DNA of 64,000 nt from Octopus sinensis (Eukaryota), in contig NC_043011.1 of the NCBI RefSeq assembly GCF_006345805.1, positions 49,116,464-49,180,463 on the forward strand, in the 5' to 3' direction. Below are positions 1-11,934 of the stretch, piece by piece. A program made the position numbers and the translations under genes. Positions within the stretch are counted from its first letter, which is position 1. Every line of letters begins with the position of its first letter. The notes below the pieces were generated by a model, which saw nothing but the letters and a program-made list of their open reading frames with translations, was not told the DNA's origin and did not search any database.

Positions 1-125
1 AGAAATAGAAAAAGACTTTTACATTTCGAGCCTACGCTCTTTGACAGAAAGATACACAGAAAAGAACAAGGAGAGAAACAAGGAGAGAAAAAATGCATGT
101 AGGAGCTAACGATCTATCATGGCAT
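1..125 (-). mobile_element. Short PLE-type hammerhead-bearing element, family H1 (cut by window edge)
   Basis: Same sequence as 31621-31810, 46870-47025 and 47062-47212; contains HHR-like motif at 16-51. Confidence 0.7.
16..51 (-). ncRNA. Minimal hammerhead-like motif, variant core (H1)
   Basis: Minus strand reads cttt-CTGTCAAA-GAGC gtag GCTC-GAAA-TG-TA-aaag: helix I, variant core, helix II, GAAA, UA. Confidence 0.55.
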
Positions 126-151
126 CCTGACATGTATATATATATGTATGT

Positions 152-201
<50 letters not shown>

Positions 202-204
202 CAT

Positions 205-372
205 ATACACAACATGCTTCTTTCAGTTTCCATCTACCACTTCCACTCACAAGGTTTTGGTTAGCTCGAGGCTAAAGTAGAAGACACTTTCCCAAGATGC
301 CATGCAGTGTGACTGAACCCAGAACCATGTGGCTGGTGAACAAACTTCTTACCACACAGCAACACCGGCACT
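205..372 (-). mobile_element. SINE family A (tRNA head + CORE-like domain), 5' part
   Basis: Matches reverse complement of full copies such as 27016-27460. Confidence 0.8.
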
Positions 373-739
373 TATAATGTTGATTACCCATAAACTTTAA
401 CAACAAAATCTTACGCGAAAACCCCTACAAAAGGTATTATGGTCCTTGGCTGAGAACCACTGATCCAAACAATCCTTCTATTTTAGGTTGAGAGAGAGTG
501 ATTTGAGAGCAATTTCACTGCTGTTTCTAGCTGATCCATCAACCTTAAAGAGGCTCTTTCATTGGTTTCCAAGTCTGGTATTGTTACTGATATAGTAATT
601 TAGGTTATTACAGCAGAGAGGAAGCTTCAAGATAAGTGGCAGTTAGTTGATTGTATGTTGTGTATCCGTACACAGAAAATTACTGAACTAAGAAAATTAT
701 ACAGCTGACAACAAAATAATATGTTCTGTGGAACAAAAT

Positions 740-771
740 ACATACGTATACATGCACATAAGTATAGATGC

Positions 772-820
<49 letters not shown>

Positions 821-843
821 ACATATATACATATATATATATA

Positions 844-880
<37 letters not shown>

Positions 881-1072
881 CATATATATATGTGTGTGCG
901 TATATATATATGTATGTATGTGCAAATATGTGTATGGGTGTGTACTATATATGTATATATATGCATACATACATATATGGGTATATATGTGTGCAAATAT
1001 TATGTGGGTATGTATACATCTATATATATATCTACATACGTATATATACATATATGTATATATGTATGTGTG

Positions 1073-1109
<37 letters not shown>

Positions 1110-1118
1110 ATACGTATA

Positions 1119-1167
<49 letters not shown>

Positions 1168-1400
1168 GTGCGTGGATAAATATACGTATATATACATGTA
1201 TATATATGTGTGTGTATATATACATATATATACATGCTTACATGTATTCACATATCTCTTCTCTGTATGTGAAACGTTTTATATGTTATGTCTATAGCTT
1301 GCTCTCTTTTTCACCCCTCTTCATTTATGCATATATATACATATAGGTATGTGTGTGAGTGTGTGTGTGCACATGTATGTGTGTGTGTTATATATCCTAC

Positions 1401-1438
<38 letters not shown>

Positions 1439-1440
1439 CA
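740..1440. repeat. (AT)n/(ATAC)n/(GT)n compound microsatellite
   Basis: Direct inspection. Confidence 0.95.
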
Positions 1441-1926
1441 TGTACACAAGAGAATACATTGATGGACAATAAGTAATTTATTGTGATATTCACAGCAGAC
1501 TGAACATGTCTCTACCTGGAAATATATATTTTGGAAATTAACTGTATATCCATCACTCAAAGATTAATAATGATGCTGACGATGATGAGGATGATGATGA
1601 TGACGACGATAATGACAACGATGATAATGCCAATATTTTATAGTGATGATGATGATAACACTTATTTTGAATATCAACAATAATGAGGACTCAAAATGCT
1701 GCTGCTGCCCCGATGATGTCGATGATGATGACGATGATGATGATGATGAATTATCATGATATCTATTATGAATATATTGATGGTGTGGTTAACAACAGTA
1801 TTAATAAAACTTATATTATTATCCATAACAATGATAGTTATAACAGTAGTAGAGTAATATTTGTCCAGCACGCTAATGATTCAGCCATCTCAGCAGTGTA
1901 ATAATAATAATAATAAAATAATAATA

Positions 1927-2225
1927 ATGGTTAGTGTGCCGAGGTTATGATCACAAGGTTGTGAGTTCGAATCCTGGACCAGGCTGCGTGTTGTGTTCTT
2001 GAGCAAGACACTTTATTTCTTTATTTCACATTGCTCCAGTTCCCTCAGCTATAAAAATGAGTTGTGGCGTCACAGGTGCCAAGCTGTATCGGCCCCTTTG
2101 CCTTTCCCTTGGATAACACTGGTGGTGCGGAGAGGGGAGGCCGGTATGCATGGGCGACTGCCGGTCTTCCATAAAAACAAACTTGCTCAGACTTGTGCCT
2201 GGGAGAGTAACTTTCTAGGTGCAAT
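1927..2225 (+). mobile_element. tRNA-derived SINE, head type D with tail type 1
   Basis: B box GAGTTCGAATCC, then TTCTTGAGCAAGACACTT; head and tail shared with 25103-25440. Confidence 0.75.
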
Positions 2226-2319
2226 GATTCAAGTTTTGGTACATGGTTAGCAATTCTAGGATAGAAGAGGGGGCAAGTTGGTTTCACCAACCTCAGGGCT
2301 CAACTGCTACTAATGTTTT

Positions 2320-2445
2320 CAAACCCAAAAAGATGAATGATAAAGTCAACTTTGGCAGAATTTGAACTCAGAACATAGCGACAGGCAAAATACTGCTAAG
2401 CATTTCATCTGGTGTGCTAACGATTCTGCCAGCACCCCAACTTCA
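2320..2445 (-). mobile_element. SINE family B (tRNA-like head; GACTTTGCCTTTCATCC body)
   Basis: Reverse complement of CTGAGTTCAAATTCTGCC..GACTTT motif found in 9327-9635 and 21688-21908. Confidence 0.7.
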
Positions 2446-2689
2446 CTGTCTTATTAATGATAATAATATTAGTGATTGTAAAAATAGTAATTAATAGAAT
2501 AACTGTTTAATCATTTACTGCTTGTGCTAAAGATAGTTACATTACTATGGCTAAGTCAACCTTGGAACAATTTGAACTCAGATCACAACAACAGACAAAA
2601 TGCCATTTAGCATATTTTCCAGCATGGTAATGACTTTGTCAGTTCAGGCTTATCAATAATAATAATATTCATTAATAATAATAATAAGT

Positions 2690-3168
2690 TTCATATCTCC
2701 AGAGATGACGAAAGACCGAGTCCTCTGGAGATGTGTTGTGACTAGGAAGACCCGACAAATGAAGTGAGTTCATGGCTCACAGGATGGCTTGCTGTACTAA
2801 CCTTGGATCGTAGGGTGACTTGCTGTGCTTGAGAAGAGCTATTGAATCAAGTATATCAACATCAACATCAAAATTAAAATAAAATGGAAATTGTAGTTAT
2901 GATACCCATGCCGGTGGCACATAAAAAGCATCATCCAAACGTGACTGAGGCCAGTGCCACCTGACTGGCGTCTGTGTCGGTGGTACGTAAAAAACACCAA
3001 CTGATCATGGCCGTTTGCCAGCCTCTGGATTTCGAAGGGCATCCAGCTGTAGAAACACTGCCAGATCAGACTGGAGCCTGGTGCAGCCTCCTGGCTTCTC
3101 AGACCCTGGTCGAACCATCCAACCCATGCTAGCATGAAAAACGGACATTAAACAATGATGATGATGAA
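2690..3168 (+). mobile_element. RTE-clade LINE 3' end (ORF C-terminus, 3'UTR, (GAT)n tail)
   Basis: Translates EMTKDRVLWRCVVTRKTRQMK*, then UTR with AAGGGCATCCAGCTGTAGAAAC...CCCATGCTAGCATG and GATGATGAT tail shared with ~10 other copies. Confidence 0.75.
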
Positions 3169-3365
3169 GAATATTAATAATTATAAAAATAGTAATTAAT
3201 AGAATAGCTGTTTATTCATTTACTGCTTATGCCAAAGATACTTACATTACTATGGCTAAGTCAACCTTGGCATAATTTGAACTCAGATCATAACAATGGA
3301 CGAAATGTTGCTAACCATATTTTCCACTATGGTAATTACTTTGCCAGTTCACTGCCTTATTAATA

Positions 3366-3931
3366 TTGGGTTGTCCAGAAAGTTCATGCCGATTTATAGT
3401 AGCTAACCTTTCGACTTATTTTAGAACATGGTTGAGTCCAGAAAATAGGATTTGACTACACCTCCATTTAGAGCACAGTTTAAGCTATCATTTCGTGGAA
3501 GAAGGTTTATGCTCCTATAACCTGTGTTAATTCCGTAACCCTTTAAAATGGAAGATAAGAAAGTTCATTTTCAGCACTTGGTGCTTTGGAAACCAGACAA
3601 AAATTGCTGCAGCTCGGCTGGGATGTGTTACCCTACCCTCCATATTCACCAGATATTGCTCCTTCAGATTTCCACTTATACAGGTCTCTGCAGAATAGTC
3701 TTAATGCTAAAAATTTCAATTCCTTGGATCATGTAAAAAGATACCTTGATGAATTCTTTGCCATGAAACCACCTCAATTCTGGGAAGAGGGTATTTTCAA
3801 GTTAAAGGAAAGATGGAGATGCATGGTGCAACAAAATGGTTCATATTTGGTTGATTAAAAATGTAATGGCAAGTATCTATTGAACTTTTTCTTTCCTTTA
3901 AAAATTGGCACGAACTTTCCGGACAATCCAA
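3366..3931 (+). mobile_element. Internally deleted mariner transposon with TIRs and TA duplication
   Basis: TTGGGTTGTCCAGAAAGTTCATGCCGATTT...AAATTGGCACGAACTTTCCGGACAATCCAA flanked by TA; ORF 3586-3858 has LGWDVLPYPPYSPDIAPSDFHL (mariner YSPDLAPSD motif). Confidence 0.93.
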
Positions 3932-4149
3932 TAATTATAATATTAGTGATTAATACAATAACTGTTTATTCATTTCATCATCATCATTGTTCGACCGTGG
4001 TCGAGACAATGGAATTTACCATGCTATGCCAGACTTCACTGCTTGGGCCAAAGATACTTATATTACAATATAACGCATTATTTTATTCAAATACATTACC
4101 ATAAACTCTATGCGTATGCATGAACGAAAGCATAAGCATTTAGATATGT

Positions 4150-4602
4150 ACCTATGACTATATGTATGTGTGGATGGAGGTACATATGTGAATGTATGAC
4201 TGTATGCAAGTGTTCGTGTAGGTATGTGTGTATGCATGAAAGGATGGATTTATGGATGTGTTTTTAGGAAGGTATGTGTGTAATCTTCTATATATTTGTA
4301 TGTAATTTTGTATGTATATATATACATATATATATACACAGACATATATATGCTTGTAAATATATATGTCCATATCTATTTGTAAGTGTATGTTTGTACA
4401 TACATATATATGTATGCATGTTTGTATGTATGAATGAAGGTGTGTATGAATGTATGTATGTGCATATATGTGCCTATATATGTATATACATATTTCTACA
4501 CACACACACACACATTCACATATATACACACATATAAATGTATGTGTGTGTATGTATCTATGTATGTATGTATATATGTATGTATCTATGTATATATCTA
4601 TG

Positions 4603-4659
<57 letters not shown>

Positions 4660-5176
4660 TAGTGTTTTCTTTGCGCGTTATTTAAATTCTTCCCATAATT
4701 CCTGCCTGTCACTCACAAGCATGGAGTTCCATTGTTTGAAAGAAGACAGTCCCAGAGTTTTGTGAACATGTGACTGTGAGTTCCTTGTGTGCCTACATGT
4801 GGGTGTCTATATGCAAATGCATGTGTAGATGTGTGTGTTTATTTGGTGTGCATCTGATAATGCAATTAAGCTCCATCAAGGATGCGTGCATGCATGTATG
4901 TCTCTATCTATCCACATGTGGATATAAGGATGTATGTATATCATATATACATATATATATACACACGCACATACATACATATATATACATATACAATATA
5001 TACATAAAAACATATATATTATATATATATATATATGTACGATATACATATAATTTACATATATATACAATATATATATTTATACATATATATGTATATG
5101 CAATGTATAAAAATATATGTATATAGCATACACACACATACACACATGCACATACATATACACACAAACATACATG

Positions 5177-5216
<40 letters not shown>

Positions 5217-5236
5217 AATACAATATATATACATAG

Positions 5237-5283
<47 letters not shown>

Positions 5284-5410
5284 TAATATACATACGTATA
5301 CAATTTATATATTCATACATATATATATATATATATATGCAATGTATAAGAAAAAATATATATACATATTGCATATATACCTACAAGAGAGAGAGAGAGA
5401 GAGAGAGAAC
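4150..5410. repeat. Compound (AT)/(GT)/(ATGT)/(AC)/(AG) microsatellite region
   Basis: Direct inspection. Confidence 0.9.
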
Positions 5411-6254
5411 TACATACTCTCCCCATTCTTTACAAATAAATAGATAGAAATAGAAATGGATAGATTAACAGACAGACAATAGACCTGCCTACATACATAC
5501 AGACAGATAGATAGATATACATATATATATATTTAATTATGCATTGTATGTGTATCAGAGTATGTATTTACATGCACACACACACACACACGTATGTTTG
5601 TATCTGTTAGAATGTGTGACGTGTGATCAGCAAAAGAGTCCCGGAACAATGAAATAACAAAGCATCATACACTACACAACAACGACATCAACAACGGCAA
5701 TAGCAATAACAGCAACACAAACAACACCACATGCAGTTATGCATCCATCACCGTCTGCCCCCCCCCACCCCCACCCCACCCTCCACTAAAAATTTCCCCA
5801 TCCTTAAATATTCGCTGTCATTATGTCAATTTATATTTTGTACCGTGTGTATAGGTAAGACGAGCATCAAATTAAAATTACAGGTAACTAACTTTTAAGT
5901 TGCACAGATGCATGACAATATAATAACAGTAGATCTGTTATAAGACAGGTGGCTGCTGTATCCAGCACATCAAGGAACATGGCAGGAACAACGACAGCAA
6001 CAACAAGTAATGAATCACAGATGTAATTATTAGGATCGTATTTCTGTTCCACATAAACAAGTTTGTTGTTTTAGTTGCCGCAGCAGCAGTAGCAGCAGCA
6101 GTAGTAGTAGTAGTAGTAGTAATAGTAGTGGCGGTGGTGGCTGCATTGTTTGTGGTAATGGTGCTTAGTAGCATTTCTTTTTCTGGTTCTTTATGCTCTG
6201 AGTTCAAATCTTACTTTACTCAGGTTTGCCTTTCGTCAGTTCAAGGTCGATGAA

Positions 6255-6415
6255 ATACAGCGACCCCAGTGTTTCGCTGGAACTTAATTTATTGACTCTG
6301 AAAGGAGGAAAGGCAAAGCCAATCTCGGTGGAATTTGAACTCAGAGTATAACGACAAACGAAATACCACCAAGCATTTTGCCTGATGTGCTAAGAATTCT
6401 GCCAGCTCACCACCT
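6255..6415 (-). mobile_element. SINE family B
   Basis: Reverse complement of AAGGTGGTGAGCTGGCAGAAT...CTGAGTTCAAATTCCACCGAG...TTTGCCTTTCCTCCTTTCAG. Confidence 0.75.
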
Positions 6416-6422
6416 TATATTA

Positions 6423-6839
6423 CTCTTTACTCTTTTACTTGTGTCAGTCATTTGACTGTGGCCATGCTGGAGCATCACTTTTAGTCGAGCAAATCGATCC
6501 CGGGACTTATTCTTTGTAAGCCCAGTACTTATTCTATCGGTCTTTTTTTTTGCCGAACCGCTAAGTGATGGGGACGTAAACACACCAGCATCGGTTGTCA
6601 AGCAATTCTAGGGGGACAAACACAGACACACAAACATATACACACACATACATATATATATATATATACATATATACGACAGGCTTCTTTCAGTTTCCGT
6701 CTACCAAATCCACTCACAAGGCATTGGTCGGCCCGAGGCTATAGTAGAAGACACTTGCTCAAGATGCCACGCAGTGGGACTGAACCCGGAACCATGTGGT
6801 TGGTAAGCAAGCTACTTACCACACAGCCACTCCTGCGCC

Positions 6840-6840
<1 letters not shown>
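6423..6840 (-). mobile_element. SINE family A, full length
   Basis: A box TGGCTGTGTGG, B box GGTTCAGTCCC, CORE-like CTTGAGCAAGTGTCTT, internal (AT)(GT) tract, GTAAAAGA tail repeats. Confidence 0.9.
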
Positions 6841-6873
<33 letters not shown>

Positions 6874-6885
6874 TAATAATAATAT

Positions 6886-7585
6886 TTTCTTTATTGGCCA
6901 CCAGGGCCCAACACAAAACATAAAAGATGACACAGACAAGGGACATTTGGATTAAAAATGTAAACAGCAAAATAGACAACAATTAAACCAACAATATACT
7001 TCCCCAATAGTGGTGGTGGGGCGTTCCACCAAGAGGTGACCAAAGAAACCTCACCCGCTTTGGACCCCCTAACACCAAGATCACCTCGAGCCTACAGGGG
7101 CACACTTAGAGTGAGCCCATTCACATGGGCCATTCTTGCTACATTCATCTACCCTTCAATAAACTTATTGGATGACAGCACCTCCCTCTTCAGCATCACT
7201 TTACTTTTCAGATAGAACCTGAAACAGCCAACGAGGTCTTGGTTGAAGAGGAAGGTACCCATCTTTAACTCTTTCAATCGTGTCCACTACAAAACCTCTT
7301 TCGCCATAGACCAACAGACCGAGAAAAACTGCTTGTCCTTCCCGGCCAAAGAACGAGATGGGGTGATCTTCATGATGGACTCGGATGATAACTGGATCCG
7401 TCCTACATGTGACAATAACTGTTCAACAGAGCTCCACAAGTTAGCAATGCAAGGTCCCAGTACATGAGCATGCAGAATGGTTTCAGACAAGCCCATCTGA
7501 CTGCACACCCATGCCTGTAGAGCTTATTACGATCCAGCAGAGCTCCAGGGTAGCACTACCAGGCCAGGAATTTCTGGAAGTTATC
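6886..7585 (-). mobile_element. Tx1/L1-clade LINE 3' fragment (zinc-knuckle region)
   Basis: Minus translation CSQMGLSETILHAHVLGPCIANLWSSVEQLL...AKEVL*WTR resembles the L1/Tx1 ORF2 CxxC..ET..H...C region; ends near AATAAAGAAAA. Confidence 0.7.
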
Positions 7586-7596
7586 CACAGAATATT

Positions 7597-7630
<34 letters not shown>

Positions 7631-7945
7631 TGTTGAGAGGGATTCTTTGGGGTTTGAATAATTCACCTCTGGAAACATGGGTGGTTCTTTCAACATTCTT
7701 AAACAACCCTTATTCAGGGACCGTTTGAGCGGGATGGGCTACTCAACCTGAAGAAAATTCTAACTGGGCCCCACCTGCAAGGTCATGTGCTGTTTATCTT
7801 GATATGAGATCACCATGTTGCGCACATATGGTTGTGATGCATGTGCCTGGTGTGTCCTTATCAGACGGGTAGTCATGATGGGTATATTGGGCTTTGTATA
7901 TTTTACCCCAGTGTCACTTTGATGGCATGAACTGCTCTCTCACTC

Positions 7946-7947
<2 letters not shown>
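7631..7947 (+). mobile_element. Non-LTR retroelement 3' end or SINE embedded in (AAT)n
   Basis: ~315 bp complex sequence with (AAT)n directly on both sides. Confidence 0.5.
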
Positions 7948-7989
<42 letters not shown>

Positions 7990-8081
7990 TGATAATAATA
8001 ATGATAATAATAATAATAATAATAATAATAATAGTACATTATTACACTAGTACATTCTGATCTAATTATTTTTATTATTTA

Positions 8082-8420
8082 TCTTTTACTTGTTTCCATC
8101 ATTAGACTGTGGTCATGCTGGAGCACTGCTTTGAAGAATTTGTATTGATCCCAGTAATTATTTTCTAAAAGCCTGGTACTTATTCTATCGGTCTCTTTTG
8201 CTGAACTGTTAAGTTACGTGGATGTAAACACACCAGCATCAGTTGTCAAGCAGTGGTGGGGGCACAAATACAGACACATACATAAATACACGATAGGCTG
8301 CTTTCTGTTTCCATCAACCAAATCCACTCACAAGGCTTTGGTTGGTCTGTGGCTATAGTAGAAGATACTTGCCTAAGGTGGCAGTGGGACTGAACCCGGA
8401 ACCATATGGCTGGGAAGCAA
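8082..8420 (-). mobile_element. SINE family A (diverged)
   Basis: Homology to 6423-6840. Confidence 0.85.
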
Positions 8421-8429
8421 GCTTCTTAC

Positions 8430-8955
8430 CACACAGCCATGCCTTGTGGTTTGGTGACAGGTCTTCTCAAATCTCAAGAATCTCAAGGGAGATTCTTGCA
8501 GGATATAGGAAGGTACTTTTCTGTAGATTATCAATGCAAGTCTCAATTCCAGTCTCTTTTGGTAGCATTTTAAGTGTTGTTCCAAGTGTACCAATTACCA
8601 CAAAAATAATTGTCAAAAAGTTCTACAATTTTCTTCAGCTCTATTTTCCAATTTTTTTTAGTTTCCTTGGTTTTGGCTCTATTATCATAGAGAATTGTAA
8701 AGTCGATGATATTACACTGTTTATTTTGTCTTCTATAATCGTATCTGGTTTTTTGGTTTCAGTAATATAGTCAGCTATTATGGGGAAGTCCCTTAAGATC
8801 CTATAATTCTCACTTTCTATCATAGCTTCTGGTTTGTGTTCATAACATTTTCCTGTTGTTTTGAAGCCACACATTTGGCTAATGTCCTAATGTTCTTTTT
8901 TACTCACACAGTCATGCCAGCACTTATACTCTTTTTGTGCTAGTATACTGAACTC
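8430..8955 (-). mobile_element. RLE-type non-LTR retrotransposon (R4/Dong-like) endonuclease remnant
   Basis: Minus translation KCYEHKPEAMIESENYRILRDFPIIADYITETKKPDTIIEDK...GTLGTT matches the WYEHxP..ILWDF..TD..KPD..GALG restriction-like endonuclease pattern; frameshifted. Confidence 0.8.
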
Positions 8956-8971
8956 ATTATTATTATAATTA

Positions 8972-9300
8972 TTAACACTGTCTTAGCAAAGATAGAGGCA
9001 TTGTTTTCAGTCGTGTTTGTTTGTCTGTGGACAAGATATCTCAAGATGAATAGATTTGGATGAAACTTTCAGGGATGTTTGGCCTCATGACTGGCACAAA
9101 CTGATTAGATTTTGGGTTAGATCTGGTACCAGACAAAGACTCTGGGTTATTTTTCCAGTTTTTTACTCAATTTTTGAGAGCGGTCAATTTTATTTTTAGT
9201 ATTCTTATTTGTGAGAGCAGTTAAGTTATTTCAGATATTCTCATTTTAAAAATCATTTCTGAGAGGACGTTGGTGTTGCACTCTCTGAGTGCTCTTGTTA
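8972..9300 (+). mobile_element. Helentron/HINE-like non-autonomous element
   Basis: TGTTTTCAGTCGTGTTTGTTTGTCTGT near the 5' end, GATTTGGATGAAACTTT, terminal hairpin GCACTC-TCT-GAGTGC. Confidence 0.55.
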
Positions 9301-9326
9301 TTATTATTATTGTTATTATTATATAT

Positions 9327-9634
9327 GAAGGTGGTGAGCTAGCAGAATCGTTAGCACACCGGGCAAAATGTTTAGTAGCATTTCGTCTGCCACTATGTTC
9401 TGAGTTCAAATTCAGCCCAAAAAGCACCATCCGATCGTGGCCGTTGCCAGCCTTGCCTGGTCCCCATGCTAGCATGGAATGCGGACGCTAAATGATGATG
9501 ATGATGATCGACTTTGCCTTTCATCCTTTCAGGGTCGATAAATTAAGTACCAGTAAATCACTGATATAATCACTTTGATATAATCACTAGTCCACTCCTC
9601 CCAAATTTCAGGCCTTGTACCTATAGTAGAAAGG

Positions 9635-9635
<1 letters not shown>
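9327..9635 (+). mobile_element. SINE family B interrupted by a short RTE 3' tail (9420-9508)
   Basis: B sequence resumes (TCGACTTTGCCTTTCATCC) right after CCCATGCTAGCATGG...(GAT)n. Confidence 0.8.
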
Positions 9636-9706
<71 letters not shown>

Positions 9707-10098
9707 GGTTTTCCTTCATTCAATCTTGTTTTCACTTTTTTGTTGAGTGTCTTCCTGAAACCTAGGACAAAGAAACCCATTGTATACATTGATGGGCCTT
9801 AAAATAAACACATCAGATTGTTCATTTACAAAATAATGTTATGTGAAGAAAAAAAACAATGAAACAAACAAGAGAATACATGAAAGGAAAAAAGAAAAAA
9901 ATTTACATAGGTTGTAATTGTTCCCATAGCAACAATGCTCTTCTCAATACATGTGTTGTACCAGTTAAAACAATTTGTTGCACTTCCTGCATCCAGTTTA
10001 AACCTGGAATCATTCTCAAATGATTTTCAGTTCCCTTTTTTTTTTATTATTATTGCAAGTACTCCTACAATCACTGGTATTGTTTATTGTTTTACTAT

Positions 10099-10158
<60 letters not shown>

Positions 10159-10458
10159 TCACGAGGTGATTTCAAACAGTCACAATAACCTAAAAACATT
10201 TTTAAATTTAAAAAAAATAATCCTCTTATTTTTTATTTCTGCTTCCTCTCCTCTCCTCATCATCACTATCTTCTTCTTCTTCTTTTTCTCCTCCTCCTCC
10301 TCATCCTCCTCATCCTCATCCTTATCTTCCTCCTCCTCCTACTCCTCCTTATCTTCCTCCTCCCCTTCTCTTTCTCCTCCTCTTCTCTTTCTCCTCCTCC
10401 TTTTCTTTTTCTTGTTCTTGTCATTATCAGCATTATTATTATTATTATTATTTAGTAA

Positions 10459-10502
<44 letters not shown>

Positions 10503-10503
10503 A

Positions 10504-10540
<37 letters not shown>
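9634..10540. repeat. (ATT)n, (TCC)n and (AGT)n microsatellites
   Basis: Direct inspection. Confidence 0.9.
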
Positions 10541-10924
10541 CCTATGTCAGTGTAGGGAGGCGGAGATGCTTTGCCTGAGAAAATTTTAAAGATTCCATTG
10601 TTGCTGCCACCGTCAGCTTCAGTGCTATTTTGAAGGACTTAGTGCAATACGTTAAGGTATTGGTTCATATAGAAGAAATGTTTTAATTAAATTTCGTTCT
10701 GTGAGACAACAAACTTGACTACTTTAATCTCACAACAGTAACACACTCAACAACACTGAAGCCACATATTATCGGTCAGGATTAAATTCTCAACAAAGAA
10801 ATATGGATAAAAATCAATGAATTACAAAAGGGATTCTCCAGATATTTTTTGCTTCAATTTCTTTATTTCTTCAGCTTCTAATTACTAATACTGCTGGTTC
10901 AGTAGAAGCTGTAACTTTTGAAGT

Positions 10925-11245
10925 AGAAACAGCAGCAAAGTAGAAACCACAGTAGCAACAGTAAAAGCCATAGATAAACAGCTGAGAAGCAGCAGAAAAA
11001 CAGTAGAGAAGCGGAAGAGAAGCAGCATAAAAGTAGTAGAGAAGCAGCAGAGAATCAGTGGAGATACAGTGGAGAAGCAGTGGAGAAGCAGTGGAGAAGC
11101 AGCTGAGAAGCAGTGGAGAAGCAGTGGAGAAGCAGTGGAGAAGCAGTGGAGAAGCAGTGGAGAAGCAGCTGAGAAGCAGCAGAGAAGCAGCTGAAATGCA
11201 GCAGAGAAGCAACAGCAGAATAAGTGCTTGAAGTGGAAGCAGCAG
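10925..11245 (+). repeat. 11-bp minisatellite GAAGCAGTGGA
   Basis: Perfect tandem units at ~11065-11200, degenerating outward. Confidence 0.9.
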
Positions 11246-11934
11246 TAAACTCTATTCTCCCTGCCCCATAAATCTCTCAACTCGATTTCAGCAATAACAA
11301 CTTCTAACTAGTTTAGCTTAATTAATTTGCGTTTCAAGCTACACTATGCTGAAGATTCCAAAGAAGAATGAAATAGTACCATGCACAGCTGTTATAGACA
11401 AAAGAAAATAAATTAGGAACCGTGTATTAGTTTATGTAAATAAAAAAAAAGAAACATTTTCAAATTAGAGAAATGAAAATTAATATGCAAGTTCTTCGTC
11501 TTTGTCTGACTGAGAAGGAATGACAAATTCCCCACCAGAAGCAAAACAAAACATCCAGTTAGTCTGGCTCAAAGTTTTCCACCCTTGTTGTTTGTTTCTG
11601 ATGAATTTACCATTAAAGAGGGAAAATCACTTCTAGGTTAAATTGAGTAACATGGAACTTAAATTTTAAATTCTTAATTTGGTTTTTCCCTTACATTACA
11701 TAAAGTTCTTATGGTGTTTAGTCACTGGTAACCATGTACAGCACCATTTCATCCTTTTATGAAACTTCAGCACAGTTTATCTTGAGACAGAGGTTAATTA
11801 AGCTGAATTTGACATTCTGCAAAGTTACTTAAACAAAGGGAAGAGATGAAATAATGTAGACTAAAATATATTTTTATCTTTGTTTTCTTTTCATCTTAAA
11901 TCATAAACATAAATTAGTAGAAAAATTGTAGTTA

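Noticed and set aside
627-1476. Long Y/I/C/V/H/T-rich ORFs here and throughout the window
   Set aside because: Translations of (AT)/(GT)/(AC) microsatellites, which lack stop codons.
10871-11280. ORFs with repeated LLHCFSTASP
   Set aside because: Product of the 11-bp minisatellite; the period is not a multiple of 3.
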